Shown here: piece after piece, positions 15,601 to 31,000 of the stretch
How positions within the stretch are numbered: position 1 is the stretch's first letter
How the letters are laid out: each line of letters opens with the position of its first letter
Source: Eledone cirrhosa
Lineage: Eukaryota
Length of the DNA: 64,000 nucleotides
Assembly (NCBI GenBank): GCA_964016885.1
Contig: OZ024754.1
Location: forward strand, 19,964,001 to 20,028,000
Reading direction: 5' to 3'
Program-made: the position numbers and the translations under genes
Notes under the pieces: model-generated
What the model was told of the DNA's origin: nothing
Databases searched by the model: none
The model's input: only the letters and a program-made list of their open reading frames with translations

Positions 15601-18600
15601 ACGTACCACTGTGGCTAAAATGACTCTTCCATGATATAGTTACTTTAGTTTCAACACAGTTTCATATCAAGTCACTTGCCAGACATGTACAACTGTGGCT
15701 AAAATGACTCTTCCATGATATAGTTACTTTAGATTCAACACAGTCACAGATCAAGTCACTTGCCAGACATGTACAACTGTGGCTAAAATGACTCTTCCAT
15801 GACATAGTTACTTTAGTTTCAACATAGTCACAGATCAAGTCACTTGCCAGGCATGTACAACTGTGGCTAAAATGACTCTTCCGTGACATAGTTACTTTAG
15901 TTTCAAAATAGTCACAGATCAAGTCACTTGCCAGACATGTAAAACTGTGGCTAAAATGACTCTTCCATGATATAGTTACTTTAGTTTCAACACAGTTTCA
16001 GATCAGGTCACTTGCCAGACACGTACAACTGTGGCTAAGATGACTCTTCCATGATATAGTTACTTTAGTTTCAACACAGTTTCACATCAAGTCACTTGCC
16101 AGACATGTACAACTGTGGCTAAAATGACTCTTTCATGATATAGTTACTTTAGTTTCAACACCGTCTTAGATCATGTCACTTGCCAGACTGTGGCTAAAAT
16201 GACTCTTCCATGATATAGTTACTTTAGTTTCAACACAGTTTCACATCAAGTCACTTGCCAGACATATACAACTGTGGCTAAAATGACTCTTCCATGATAT
16301 AGTTACTTTAGCTTCGACACATTTTCACATCAAGTCACTTGCAAGACATGTACAACTGTGGCTAGAATGACTCTTCCATGATATAGTTACTATAGTTTCA
16401 ACACAATCTCAGATCCTGTCACTTGCGAGACATGTACAAATGTGGCTAAAATTACTCTTCCATGATATAGTTACTTTAGTTTCAACACGGTCTTAGATCA
16501 AGTCATTTGCCAGACATGTACAACTGTTGCTAAAATGAATCTTCCATGATATAGTACTTTAGTTTCAACACAGTCCCAGATCAAGTCACTTGCCAGACAT
16601 GTACAACTATGGCTAAAATGACTCTTCAATTTTATAGTTACTTTAGTTTTCAAACAGTCTCAGATCAAGTCACTTGCCAGATATGTAAAACTGTGGCTAA
16701 AATGACTCTTCCATGATATAGTTACCTTGGTTTCAACACAGATTCAGATCGGGTCACTTGCCAGACACGTACAACTGTGGCTAAAATGACTCTTCCATGA
16801 TATAGTTACTTTAGTTTCAACACAGTTTCACATCAAGTCACTTGCCAGACATGTACAACTGTGGCTAAAATGACTCTTCCAAGATATAGTTACTTTAGTT
16901 TCAACACAGTCTCAGATCAAGTCACTTGCCAGACATGTATAACTGTGGCTAAAATGACTCTTCCATGACATAGTTACTTTAGTTTCAACATAGTCACAGA
17001 TCAAGTCACTTGCCAGACATGTATAACTGGCTAAAATGACTCTTCCAAGATATAGTTACTTTAGTTTCAACACAGTCTCAGATCAAGTCACTTGCCAGAC
17101 ATGTATAACTGTGGCTAAAATGACTCTTCCATGACATAGTTACTTTAGTTTCAACATAGTCACAGATCAAGTCACTTGCTAGACATGTACAACTGTGGCT
17201 AAAATGACTCTTCCATGATATAGTTACTTTAGTTTCAACACAGTTTCACATCAAGTCACTTGCCAGACATGTACAACTGTGGCTAAAATGACTCTTCCAT
17301 GATATAGTTACTTTAGTTTCAACACAGTTTCAGATCAAGTCACTTGCCAGACATCTACAACTGTGGCTAAAATGACTATTCCATGATATAGTTACTTTAG
17401 TTTCAACACAGTTTCAGATCAGGTCACTTGCCAGACACGTACAACCGTGGCTAAAATGAGTCTTCCATGATATAGTTACTTTAGTTTGAACACAGTTTCA
17501 CATCAAGTCACTTGCCAGACACGTACAACTGTGGCTAAAATGAGTCTTCCATGATATAATTACTTTAGTTTGAACACAGTTTCACATCAAGTCACTTGCC
17601 AGACATGTACAACTGTGGCTAAAATGACTCTTCCATGATATAGTTACTTTAGTTTCAACACAGTTTCAGATCAGGTCACTTGCCAGACACGTACCACTGT
17701 GGCTTAAATGACTCTTCCATGATATAGTTACTTTAGTTTCAACACAGTTTCACATCAGGTCACTTGCCAGACATGTACAACTGTGGCTAAAATGACTCTT
17801 CCATGATATAGTTACTTTAGATTCAACACAGTCACAGATCAAGTTACTTGCCAGACATGTACAACTGTGGCTAAAATGACTCTTCCATGATATAGTTACT
17901 TTAGTTTCAACACAGTTTCAGATCAGGTCACTTGCCAGGCACGTACCACTGTGGCTAAAATGACTCTTCCATGATATAGTTACTCTCGTTTCAACACAGT
18001 CACAGATCAAGTCACTTGCCAGACATGTACAACTGTGGCTAACATGACGCTTCCATGATATAGTTACTTTAGTTTCAACACAATCTCAGATCAAGTTACT
18101 TGCCTGACATGTGCAACTGTGGCTACAATGACTCTTCCATGATATAGTTACTTTAGTTTCAACATAGTCACAGATCAGGTCACTTGCCAGACATGTACAA
18201 CTGTGGCTAAGGTGACTCTTCCATGACTTAGTTACTTTAGTTTCAACATAGTCACAGATCAAGTCACTTGCCAGACATGTTCAACTGTGGCTAAAATGAC
18301 TCTTCCATGACATAGTTACTTTAGTTTCAACATAGTGACAGATCAGGTCACTTGCCAGACATGTACAACTGTGGCTAAAATGACTCTTCCATGATATAGT
18401 TACTTTAGTTTCAACACAATCTCAGATCCTGTCACTTGCGAGACATGTACAACTGTGGCTAAAATGACTCTTCCATGATATAGTTACTTTAGTTTCAACA
18501 CGGTCTTAGATCAAGTCACTTGCCAGACATGTACAACTGTGACTAAAATGACTCTTTCATGATATAGTTACTTTAGTTTCAACACGGTCTTAGATCAAGT

Positions 18601-19000
18601 CACTTGCCAGACATGTACAACTGTGACTAAAATGACGCTTCCATGATATAGTTACTTTAGTTTCAACACAATCTCAGATCAAGTTACTTGTCTGACATGT
18701 GCAACTGTGGCTAAAATGACTCTTCCATGACATAGTGACTTTAGTTTCAACACAGTTTCAGATCAGGTCACTTGCCAGACACGTACCACTGTGGCTAAAA
18801 TGACTCTTCCATGATATAGTTACTTTAGTTTCAACACGGTCTTAGATCAATTCACTTGCAAGACTGTGGCTAAAATGACTCTTCCATGATATAGTTACTT
18901 TAGTTTTCAAACAGTCTCAGATCAAGTCACTTGCTAGACATGTATAATTGTGGCTAAAATGACTCTTCCATGATATAGTTACTTTAGTTTCAACACAGTT
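12600..19000. repeat. Transition zone of less ordered monomers
   Basis: Layer-A markers disappear. New variants first appear here: GATCCTGTCACTTGCGAG about 12986, AAAATCGCTC about 13106, CACGTACCACT about 14760 and AGTTTTCAAACA about 16645. Many private substitutions; no long clean periodicity seen. Confidence 0.65.
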
Positions 19001-22000
19001 TCAGATCAGGTCACTTGCCAGACACGTACCACTGTGGCTAAAATCGCTCTTCCATGATATAGTTACTTTAGTTTCAACACAATCTCAGATCAAGTCACTT
19101 GCCAGACATGTACAACTGTGGCTAAAATGACTCTTCCTTGGTATAGTTACTTTAGTTTCAACACAATCTCAGATCCTGTCACTTGCGAGACATGTACAAC
19201 TGTGGCTAAAATGACTCTTCCATGATATAGTTACTTTAGTTTTCAAACAGTCACAGATCAAGTAACTTGCGAGACATGTATAACTGTGGCTAAAATTACT
19301 CTTCCATGATCTAGTTACTTTAGTTTCAACACAGTCTCAGATCAGGTCACTTGCCATACACGTACCACTGTGGCTAAAATGTCTCTTCCGTGATATAGTT
19401 ACTTTAGTTTCAACACAGTCACAGATCAAGTCAGTTGCCAGGCATGTACAACTGTGGCTAAAATGACTCTTCCATGATATAGTTACTTTAGTTTCAACAC
19501 AATCTCAGATCCAGTCACTTGCGGGACATGTACAACTGTGGCTAAAATGACTCTTCCATGGTATAGTTACTTTAGTTTCAACACGGTCTTAGATCAAGTC
19601 ACTTGCCAGACTGTGGCTATAATGACTCTTCCATGATATAGTTACTTTAGTTTTCAAACAGTCTCAGATCAAGTCACTTGCTAGACATGTATAACTGTGG
19701 CTAAAATGACTCTTCCATGATATAGTTACTTTAGTTTTCAAACAGTCTCAGATCAAGTCACTTACCAGACATGTACAACTGTGGCTAAAATGTCTCTTCC
19801 ATGATATAGTTAATTTAGTTTCAACACAATCTCAGATCCTGTCACTTGCGAGACATGTACAACTGTGACTAAAATGACTCTTCCATGATATAGTTACTTT
19901 AGTTTCAACACAATCTCAGATCAAGTCACTTGCCAGACATGTACAACTGTGGCTAAAATGACTCTTCCTTGGTATAGTTACTTTAGTTTCAACACAATCT
20001 CAGATCCTGTCACTTGCGAGACATGTACAACTGTGGCTAAAATGACTCTTCCATGATATAGTTACTTTAGTTTTCAAACAGTCACAGATCAAGTAACTTG
20101 CGAGACATGTATAACTGTGGCTAAAATTACTCTTCCATGATCTAGTTACTTTAGTTTCAACACAGTCTCAGATCAGGTCACTTGCCATACACGTACCACT
20201 GTGGCTAAAATGTCTCTTCCGTGATATAGTTACTTTAGTTTCAACACAGTCACAGATCAAGTCAGTTGCCAGGCATGTACAACTGTGGCTAAAATGACTC
20301 TTCCATGATATAGTTACTTTAGTTTCAACACAATCTCAGATCCAGTCACTTGCGGGACATGTACAACTGTGGCTAAAATGACTCTTCCATGGTATAGTTA
20401 CTTTAGTTTCAACACGGTCTTAGATCAAGTCACTTGCCAGACTGTGGCTATAATGACTCTTCCATGATATAGTTACTTTAGTTTTCAAACAGTCTCAGAT
20501 CAAGTCACTTGCTAGACATGTATAACTGTGGCTAAAATGACTCTTCCATGATATAGTTACTTTAGTTTTCAAACAGTCTCAGATCAAGTCACTTACCAGA
20601 CATGTACAACTGTGGCTAAAATGTCTCTTCCATGATATAGTTAATTTAGTTTCAACACAATCTCAGATGCAGTCACTTGCGAGACATGTACAACTGTGGC
20701 TAAAATGACTCTTCCATGATATAGTTACTTTAGTTTCAACACGGTCTTAGATCAATTCATTTGCAAGACTGTGGCTAAAATGACTCTTCCATGATATAGT
20801 TACTTTAGTTTCAACACAGTTTCAGATCAGGTCACTTGCCAGACACGTACCACTGTGGCTAAAATGACTCTTCCATGATATAGTTACTTTAGTTTCAACA
20901 CAGTCTCAGATCAAGTCACTTGCCAGACATGTATAACTGTGGCTAAAATGACTCTTCCATGATATAGTTACTTTAGTTTCAACACGGTCTCAGATCAAGT
21001 CACTTGCCAGACATGTACAACTGTGGCTAAAATGACTCTTCCATGATATAGTTACTTTAGTTTCAACACAGTCACAGATCAGGTCACTTGCCAGACATGT
21101 ACAACTGTGGCTAAAATGACACTTCCATGATATAGTTACTTTAGTTTCAACACAATCTCAGATCCTGTCACTTGTGAGACATGTACAACTGTGGCTAAAA
21201 TGACTCTTCCATGATATAGTTACTTTAGTTTCAACACGGTCTCAGATCAAGTCACTTGCCAGACATGTACAATTGTGGCTAAAATGACACTTCCATGATA
21301 TAGTTACTTTAGTTTCAACACAGTCTCAGATCAACTCACCTGCCAGTCATGTACAACTGTGGCTAAAATCGCTCTTCCATGATATAGTTACTTTAGTTTC
21401 AACATAATCTCAGATCAAGTCACTTGCCAGACATGTACAACTGTGGCTAAAATGACTCTTCCTTGGTATAGTTACTTTAGTTTCAACACAATCTCAGATC
21501 AAGTCACTTGCCAGACATGTACAACTATGGCTAAAATGACTCTTCCATGATATAGTTACTTTAGTTTCAACACAATCTCAGATCAAGTCACTTGCCTGAC
21601 ATGTACAACTGTGACTAAAATGACTCTTCCATGATATAGTTACTTTAGTTTCAACACAGTCACACATCAAGTCACTTGCCAGACATGTACAACTATGGCT
21701 CAAATGACTCTTCCATGATATAGTTACTTTAGTTTTCGAACAGTCTCAGATCAAGTCACTTGCTAGACATGTATAACTGTGGCTAAAATTACTCTTCCAT
21801 GATATAGTTACTTTGGTTTCAACACAGTCTCAGATCAACTCACTTGCCAGACATGTACAACTGTGGCTAAAATCGCTCTTCCATGATATAGTTACTTTAG
21901 TTTCAACACAATCTCAGATCAAGTCACTTGCCAGACATGTACAACTGTGGCTAAAATGACTCTTCCTTGGTATAGTTACTTTAGTTTCAACACAATCTCA

Positions 22001-25000
22001 GATCAAGTCACTTGTCAGACATGTACAACTGTGGCTAAAATGACTCTTCCATGATATAGTTACTTTAGTTTCAACACAGTCACCGATCAAGTCACTTGCC
22101 AGACATGTACAACTGTGGCTAGAATGACTCTTCCATGATATAGTTACTTTAGATTCAACACAGTCACAGATCAAGTCACTTGCCAGATATGTACAACTGT
22201 GGCTAACATGACGCTTCCATGATATAGTTACTTTAGTTTCAACACAATCTCAGATCAAGTTACTTGCCTGACATGTGCAACTATGGCTAAAGTGACTCTT
22301 CCATGACTTAGTTACTTTAGTTTCAACATAGTCACAGATCAAGTCACTTGCCAGACATGTACAACTGTGGCTAAAATGACTCTTCCATGACATAGTTACT
22401 TTAGTTTCAACACAGTTTCAGATCAGGTCACTTGCCAGACACGTACCACTGTGGCTAAAATGACTCTTCCATGATATAGTTACTTTAGTTTCAACACAGT
22501 TTCACATTAAGTCACTTGCCAAACATGTACAACTGTGGCTAAAATGACTCTTCCATGATATAGTTACTTTAGTTTCAACACAGTTTCACATTAAGTCACT
22601 TGCCAAACATGTACAACTGTGGCTAAAATGACTCTTCCATGATATAGTTACTTTAGTTTCAACACAATCTCAGATCAAGTCACTTGCCAGACATGTACAA
22701 CTGTGGCTAAAATGACTCTTCCATGATATAGTTACTTTAGTTTCAACACAGTTTCACATTAAGTCACTTGCCAGACATGTACAACTGTGGCTCAAATGAA
22801 TCTTCCATGATATAGTTACTTTAGTTTCAACACAATCTCAGATCCTGTCACTTGCAGGACATGTACAACTGTGGCTAAAATGACACTTCCATGATATAGT
22901 TACTTTAGTTTCAACACAATCTCAAATCCTGTCACTTGCGAGACATGTACAACTGTGGCTAAAATGACTCTTCCATGATATAGTTACTTTAGTTTCAACA
23001 CGGTCTCAGATCAAGTCACTTGCCAGACATGTACAACTGTGGCTAAAATGACACTTCCATGATATAGTTACTTTGGTTTCAACACAGTCTCAGATCAACT
23101 CACTTGCCAGACATGTACAACTGTGGCTAAAATCGCTCTTCCATGATATAGTTACTTTAGTTTCAACATAATCTCAGATCAAGTCACTTGCCAGACATGT
23201 ACAACTGTGGCTGAAATGACTCTTCCTTGGTATAGTTACTTTAGTTTCAACACAATCTCAGATCCTGTCACTTGCGAGACATGTACAACTGTGGCTAAAA
23301 TGACTCTTCCATGATATAGTTACTTTAGTTTCAACACGGTCTTAGATCAATTCACTTGCAATACTGTGGCTAAAATGACTCTTCCATGATATAGTTACTT
23401 TAGTTTTCAAACAGTCTCAGATCAAGTCACTTGCTAGACATGTATAATTGTGGCTAAAATGACTCTTCCATGATATAGTTACTTTAGTTTCAACACAGTT
23501 TCAGATCAGGTCACTTGCCAGACACGTACCACTGTGGCTAAAATAACTCTTCCATGATATAGTTACTTTAGTTTCAACACAGTCTCAGATCAAGTCACTT
23601 GCCAGACATGTATAACTGTGGCTAAAATGACTCTTCCATGATATAGTTACTTTAGTTTCAACACGGTCTCAGATCAAGTCACTTGCTAGACATGTATAAC
23701 TGTGGCTAAAATGACTCTTCCATGATATAGTTCCTTTAGTTTCAACACAGTTTCACATCAAGTCACTTGCCAGACATGTACAACTGTGGCTAAAATGACT
23801 CTTCCATGATATAGTTACTTTAGTTTCAACACAGTCACAGATCAGGTCACTTGCCAGACATGTACAACTGTGGCTAAAATGACACTTCCATGATATAGTT
23901 ACTTTAGTTTCAACACAATCTCAGATCCTGTCACTTGCGAGACATGTACAACTGTGGCTAAAATGACTCTTCCATGATATAGTTACTTTAGTTTCAACAC
24001 GGTCTCAGATCAAGTCACTTGCCAGACATGTACAATTGTGGCTAAAATGACACTTCCATGATATAGTTACTTTAGTTTCAACACAGTCTCAGATCAACTC
24101 AACTGCCAGTCATGTACAACTGTGGCTAAAATCGCTCTTCCATGATATAGTTACTTTAGTTTCAACATAATCTCAGATCAAGTCACTTGCCAGACATGTA
24201 CAACTGTGGCTAAAATGACTCTTCCTTGGTATAGTTACTTTAGTTTCAACACAATCTCAGATCAAGTCACTTGCCAGACATGTACAACTATGGCTAAAAT
24301 GACTCTTCCATGATATAGTTACTTTAGTTTCAACACAATCTCAGATCAAGTCACTTGCCTGACATGTACAACTGTGACTAAAATGACTCTTCCATGATAT
24401 AGTTACTTTAGTTTCAACACAGTCACACATCAAGTCACTTGCCAGACATGTACAACTCTGGCTCAAATGACTCTTCCATGATATAGTTACTTTAGTTTTC
24501 TAACAGTCTCAGATCAAGTCACTTGCTAGACATGTATAACTGTGGCTAAAATTACTCTTCCATGATATAGTTACTTTGGTTTCAACACAGTCTCAGATCA
24601 ACTCACTTGCCAGACATGTACAACTGTGGCTAAAATCGCTCTTCCATGATATAGTTACTTTAGTTTCAACACAATCTCAGATCAAGTCACTTGCCAGACA
24701 TGTACAACTGTGGCTAAAATGACTCTTCCTTGGTATAGTTACTTTAGTTTCAACACAATCTCAGATCCTGTCACTTGCGAGACATGTACAACTGTGGCTA
24801 AAATGACTCTTCCATGATATAGTTACTTTAGTTTTCAAACAGTCACAGATCAAGTAACTTGCGAGACATGTATAACTGTGGCTAAAATTACTCTTCCATG
24901 ATCTAGTTACTTTAGTTTCAACACAGTCTCAGATCAGGTCACTTGCCATACACGTACCACTGTGGCTAAAATGTCTCTTCCGTGATATAGTTACTTTAGT

Positions 25001-28000
25001 TTCAACACAGTCACAGATCAAGTCACTTGCCAGGCATGTACAACTGTGGCTAAAATGACTCTTCCATGATATAGTTACTTTAGTTTCAACACAATCTCAG
25101 ATCCAGTCACTTGCGGGACATGTACAACTGTGGCTAAAATGACTCTTCCATGGTATAGTTACTTTAGTTTCAACACGGTCTTAGATCAAGTCACTTGCCA
25201 GACTGTGGCTATAATGACTCTTCCATGATATAGTTACTTTAGTTTTCAAACAGTCTCAGATCAAGTCACTTGCTAGACATGTATAACTGTGGCTAAAATG
25301 ACTCTTCCATGATATAGTTACTTTAGTTTTCAAACAGTCTCAGATCAAGTCACTTACCAGACATGTACAACTGTGGCTAAAATGTCTCTTCCATGATATA
25401 GTTAATTTAGTTTCAACACAATCTCAGATCCCGTCACTTGCGAGACATGTACAACTGTGGCTAAAATGACTCTTCCATGATATAGTTACTCTAGTTTGAA
25501 CACGGTCTTAGATCAATTCATTTGCAAGACTGTGGCTAAAATGACTCTTCCATGATATAGTTACTTTAGTTTTCAAACAGTCTCAGATCAAGTCACTTGC
25601 TAGACATGTATAATTGTGGCTAAAATGACTCTTCCATGATATAGTTACTTTAGTTTCAACACAGTTTCAGATCAGGTCACTTGCCAGACACGTACCACTG
25701 TGGCTAAAATGACTCTTCCATGATATAGTTACTTTAGTTTCAACACAGTCTCAGATCAAGTCACTTGCCAGACATGTATAACTGTGGCTAAAATGACTCT
25801 TCCATGATATAGTTACTTTAGTTTCAACACGGTCTCAGATCAAGTCACTTGCCAGACATGTACAACTGTGGCTAAAATGACTCTTCCATGATATAGTTTC
25901 TTTAGTTTCAACACAGTCACAGATCAGGTCACTTGCCAGACATGTACAACTGTGGCTAAAATGACACTTCCATGATATAGTTACTTTAGTTTCAACACAA
26001 TCTCAGATCCTGTCACTTGTGAGACATGTACAACTGTGGCTAAAATGACTCTTCCATGATATAGTTACTTTAGTTTCAACACGGTCTCAGATCAAGTCAC
26101 TTGCCAGACATGTACAATTGTGGCTAAAATGACACTTCCATGATATAGTTACTTTAGTTTCAACACAGTCTCAGATCAACTCACCTGCCAGTCATGTACA
26201 ACTGTGGCTAAAATCGCTCTTCCATGATATAGTTACTTTAGTTTCAACATAATCTCAGATCAAGTCACTTGCCAGACATGTACAACTGTGGCTAAAATCG
26301 CTCTTCCATGATATAGTTACTTTAGTTTCAACATAATCTCAGATCAAGTCACTTGCCAGACATGTACAACTGTGACTAAAATGACTCTTCCATGATATAG
26401 TTACTTTAGTTTCAACACAGTCACACATCAAGTCACTTGCCAGACATGTACAACTATGGCTCAAATGACTCTTCCATGATATAGTTACTTTAGTTTTCTA
26501 ACAGTCTCAGATCAAGTCACTTGCTAGACATGTATAACTGTGGCTAAAATTACTCTTCCATGATATAGTTACTTTGGTTTCAACACAGTCTCAGATCAAC
26601 TCACTTGCCAGACATGTACAACTGTGGCTAAAATCGCTCTTCCATGATATAGTTACTTTAGTTTCAACACAATCTCAGATCAAGTCACTTGCCAGACATG
26701 TACAACTGTGGCTAAAATGACTCTTCCTTGGTATAGTTACTTTAGTTTCAACACAATCTCAGATCAAGTCACTTGCCAGACATGTACAACTGTGGCTAAA
26801 ATGACTCTTCCATGATATAGTTACTTTAGTTTCAACACAGTCACAGATCAAGTCACTTGCCAGACATGTACAACTGTGGCTAGAATGACTCTTCCATGAT
26901 ATAGTTACTTTAGATTCAACACAGTCACAGATCAAGTCACTTGCCAGATATGTACAACTGTGGCTAACATGACGCTTCCATGATATAGTTACTTTAGTTT
27001 CAACACAATCTCAGATCAAGTTACTTGCCTGACATGTGCAACTATGGCTAAAGTGACTCTTCCATGACTTAGTTACTTTAGTTTCAACATAGTCACAGAT
27101 CAAGTCACTTGCCAGACATGTACAACTGTGGCTAAAATGACTCTTCCATGACATAGTTACTTTAGTTTCAACACAGTTTCAGATCAGGTCACTTGCCAGA
27201 CACGTACCACTGTGGCTAAAATGACTCTTCCATGATATAGTTACTTTAGTTTCAACACAGTTTCACATTAAGTCACTTGCCAAACATGTACAACTGTGGC
27301 TAAAATGACTCTTCCATGATATAGTTACTTTAGTTTCAACACAGTTTCACATTAAGTCACTTGCCAAACATGTACAACTGTGGCTAAAATGACTCTTCCA
27401 TGATATAGTTACTTTAGTTTCAACACAATCTCAGATCAAGTCACTTGCCAGACATGTACAACTGTGGCTAAAATGACTCTTCCATGATATAGTTACTTTA
27501 GTTTCAACACAGTTTCACATTAAGTCACTTGCCAGACATGTACAACTGTGGCTCAAATGAATCTTCCATGATATAGTTACTTTAGTTTCAACACAATCTC
27601 AGATCCTGTCACTTGCAGGACATGTACAACTGTGGCTAAAATGACACTTCCATGATATAGTTACTTTAGTTTCAACACAATCTCAAATCCTGTCACTTGC
27701 GAGACATGTACAACAGTGGCTAAAATGACTCTTCCATGATATAGTTACTTTAGTTTCAACACGGTCTCAGATCAAGTCACTTGCCAGACATGTACAACTG
27801 TAGCTAAAATGACACTTCCATGATATAGTTACTTTGGTTTCAACACAGTCTCAGATCAACTCACTTGCCAGACATGTACAACTGTGGCTAAAATCGCTCT
27901 TCCATGATATAGTTACTTTAGTTTCAACATAATCTCAGATCAAGTCACTTGCCAGACATGTACAACTGTGGCTGAAATGACTCTTCCTTGGTATAGTTAC

Positions 28001-31000
28001 TTTAGTTTCAACACAATCTCAGATCCTGTCACTTGCGAGACATGTACAACTGTGGCTAAAATGACTCTTCCATGATATAGTTACTTTAGTTTCAACACGG
28101 TCTTAGATCAATTCACTTGCAAGACTGTGGCTAAAATGACTCTTCCATGATATAGTTACTTTAGTTTTCAAAAAGTCTCAGATCAAGTCACTTGCTAGAC
28201 ATGTATAATTGTGGCTAAAATGACTCTTCCATGATATAGTTACTTTAGTTTCAACACGGTCTTAGATCAATTCACTTGCAAGACTGTGGCTAAAATGACT
28301 CTTCCATGATATAGTTACTTTAGTTTTCAAAAAGTCTCAGATCAAGTCACTTGCTAGACATGTATAATTGTGGCTAAAATGACTCTTCCTTGGTATAGTT
28401 ACTTTAGTTTCAACACAGTTTCAGATCAGGTCACTTGCCAGACACGTACCACTGTGGCTAAAATGACTCTTCCATGATATAGTTACTTTAGTTTCAACAC
28501 AGTCTCAGATCAAGTCACTTGCCAGACATGTATAACTGTGGCTAAAATGACTCTTCCATGATATAGTTACTTTAGTTTCAACACGGTCTCAGATCAAGTC
28601 ACTTGCCAGACATGTACAACTGTGGCTAAAATGACTCTTCCATTATATAGTTACTTTAGTTTCAACACAGTCACAGATCAGGTCACTTGCCAGACATGTA
28701 CAACTGTGGCTAAAATGACACTTCCATGATATAGTTACTTTAGTTTCAACACAATCTCAGATCCTGTCACTTGCGAGACATGTACAACTGTGGCTAAAAT
28801 GACTCTTCCATGATATAGTTACTTTAGTTTCAACACGGTCTCAGATCAAGTCACTTGCCAGACATGTACAATTGTGGCTAAAATGACACTTCCATGATAT
28901 AGTTACTTTAGTTTCAACACAGTCTCAGATCAACTCACCTGCCAGTCATGTACAACTGTGGCTAAAATCGCTCTTCCATGATATAGTTACTTTAGTTTCA
29001 ACATAATCTCAGATCAAGTCACTTGCCAGACATGTACAGCTGTGGCTAAAATGACTCTTCCTTGGTATAGTTACTTTAGTTTCAACACAATCTCAGATCA
29101 AGTCACTTGCCAGACATGTACAACTATGGCTAAAATGACTCTTCCATGATATAGTTACTTTAGTTTCAACACAATCTCAGATCAAGTCACTTGCCTGACA
29201 TGTACAACTGTGAATAAAATAACTCTTCCATGATATAGTTAATTTAGTTTCAACACAGTCACACATCAAATCACTTGCCAGACATGTACAACTATGGCTC
29301 AAATGACTCTTCCATGATATAGTTACTTTAGTTTTCTAACAGTCTCAGATCAAGTCACTTGCTAGACATGTATAACTGTGGCTAAAATTACTCTTCCATG
29401 ATATAGTTACTTTGGTTTCAACACAGTCTCAGATCAACTCACTTGCCAGACATGTACAACTGTGGCTAAAATCGCTCTTCCATGATATAGTTACTTTAGT
29501 TTCAACACAATCTCAGATCAAGTCACTTGCCAGACATGTACAACTGTGGCTAAAATGACTCTTCCTTGGTATAGTTACTTTAGTTTCAACACAATCTCAG
29601 ATCCTGTCACTTGCGAGACATGTACAACTGTGGCTAAAATGACTCTTCCATGATATAGTTACTTTAGTTTTCAAACAGTCACAGATCAAGTAACTTGCGA
29701 GACATGTATAACTGTGGCTAAAATTACTCTTCCATGATCTAGTTACTTTAGTTTCAACACAGTCTCAGATCAGGTCACTTGCCATACACGTACCACTGTG
29801 GCTAAAATGTCTCTTCCGTGATATAGTTACTTTAGTTTCAACACAGTCACAGATCAAGTCACTTGCCAGGCATGTACAACTGTGGCTAAAATGACTCTTC
29901 CATGATATAGTTACTTTAGTTTCAACACAATCTCAGATCCAGTCACTTGCGGGACATGTACAACTGTGGCTAAAATGACTCTTCCATGGTATAGTTACTT
30001 TAGTTTCAACACGGTCTTAGATCAATTCATTTGCAAGACTGTGGCTAAAATGACTCTTCCATGATATAGTTAATTTAGTTTTCAAACAGTCTCAGATCAA
30101 GTCACTTGCTAGACATGTATAACTGTGGCTAAAATGACTCTTCCATGATATAGTTACTTTAGTTTTCAAACAGTCTCAGATCAAGTCACTTACCAGACAT
30201 GTACAACTGTGGCTAAAATGTCTCTTCCATGATATAGTTAATTTAGTTTCAACACAATCTCAGATCCTGTCACTTGCGAGACATGTACAACTGTGGCTAA
30301 AATGACTCTTCCATGATATAATTACTTTAGTTTCAACACGGTCTTAGATCAATTCATTTGCAAGACTGTGGCTAAAATGACTCTTCCATGATATAGTTAC
30401 TTTAGTTTTCAAACAGTCTCAGATCAAGTCACTTGCTAGACATGTATAATTGTGGCTAAAATGACTCTTCCATGATATAGTTACTTTAGTTTCAACACAG
30501 TTTCAGATCAGGTCACTTGCCAGACACGTACCACTGTGGCTAAAATGACTCTTCCATGATATAGTTACTTTAGTTTCAACACAGTCTCAGATCAAGTCAC
30601 TTGCCAGACATGTATAACTGTGGCTAAAATGACTCTTCCATGATATAGTTACTTTAGTTTCAACACAGTCACAGATCAAGTCACTTGCCAGACATGTACA
30701 ACTGTGGCTAGAATGACTCTTCCATGATATAGTTACTTTAGATTCAACACAGTCACAGATCAAGTCACTTGCCAGATATGTACAACTGTGGCTAACATGA
30801 CGCTTCCATGATATAGTTACTTTAGTTTCAACACAATCTCAGATCAAGTTACTTGCCTGACATGTGCAACTATGGCTAAAGTGACTCTTCCATGACTTAG
30901 TTACTTTAGTTTCACACATAGTCACAGATCAAGTCACTTGCCAGACATGTACAACTGTGGCTAAAATGACTCTTCCATGACATAGTTACTTTAGTTTCAA

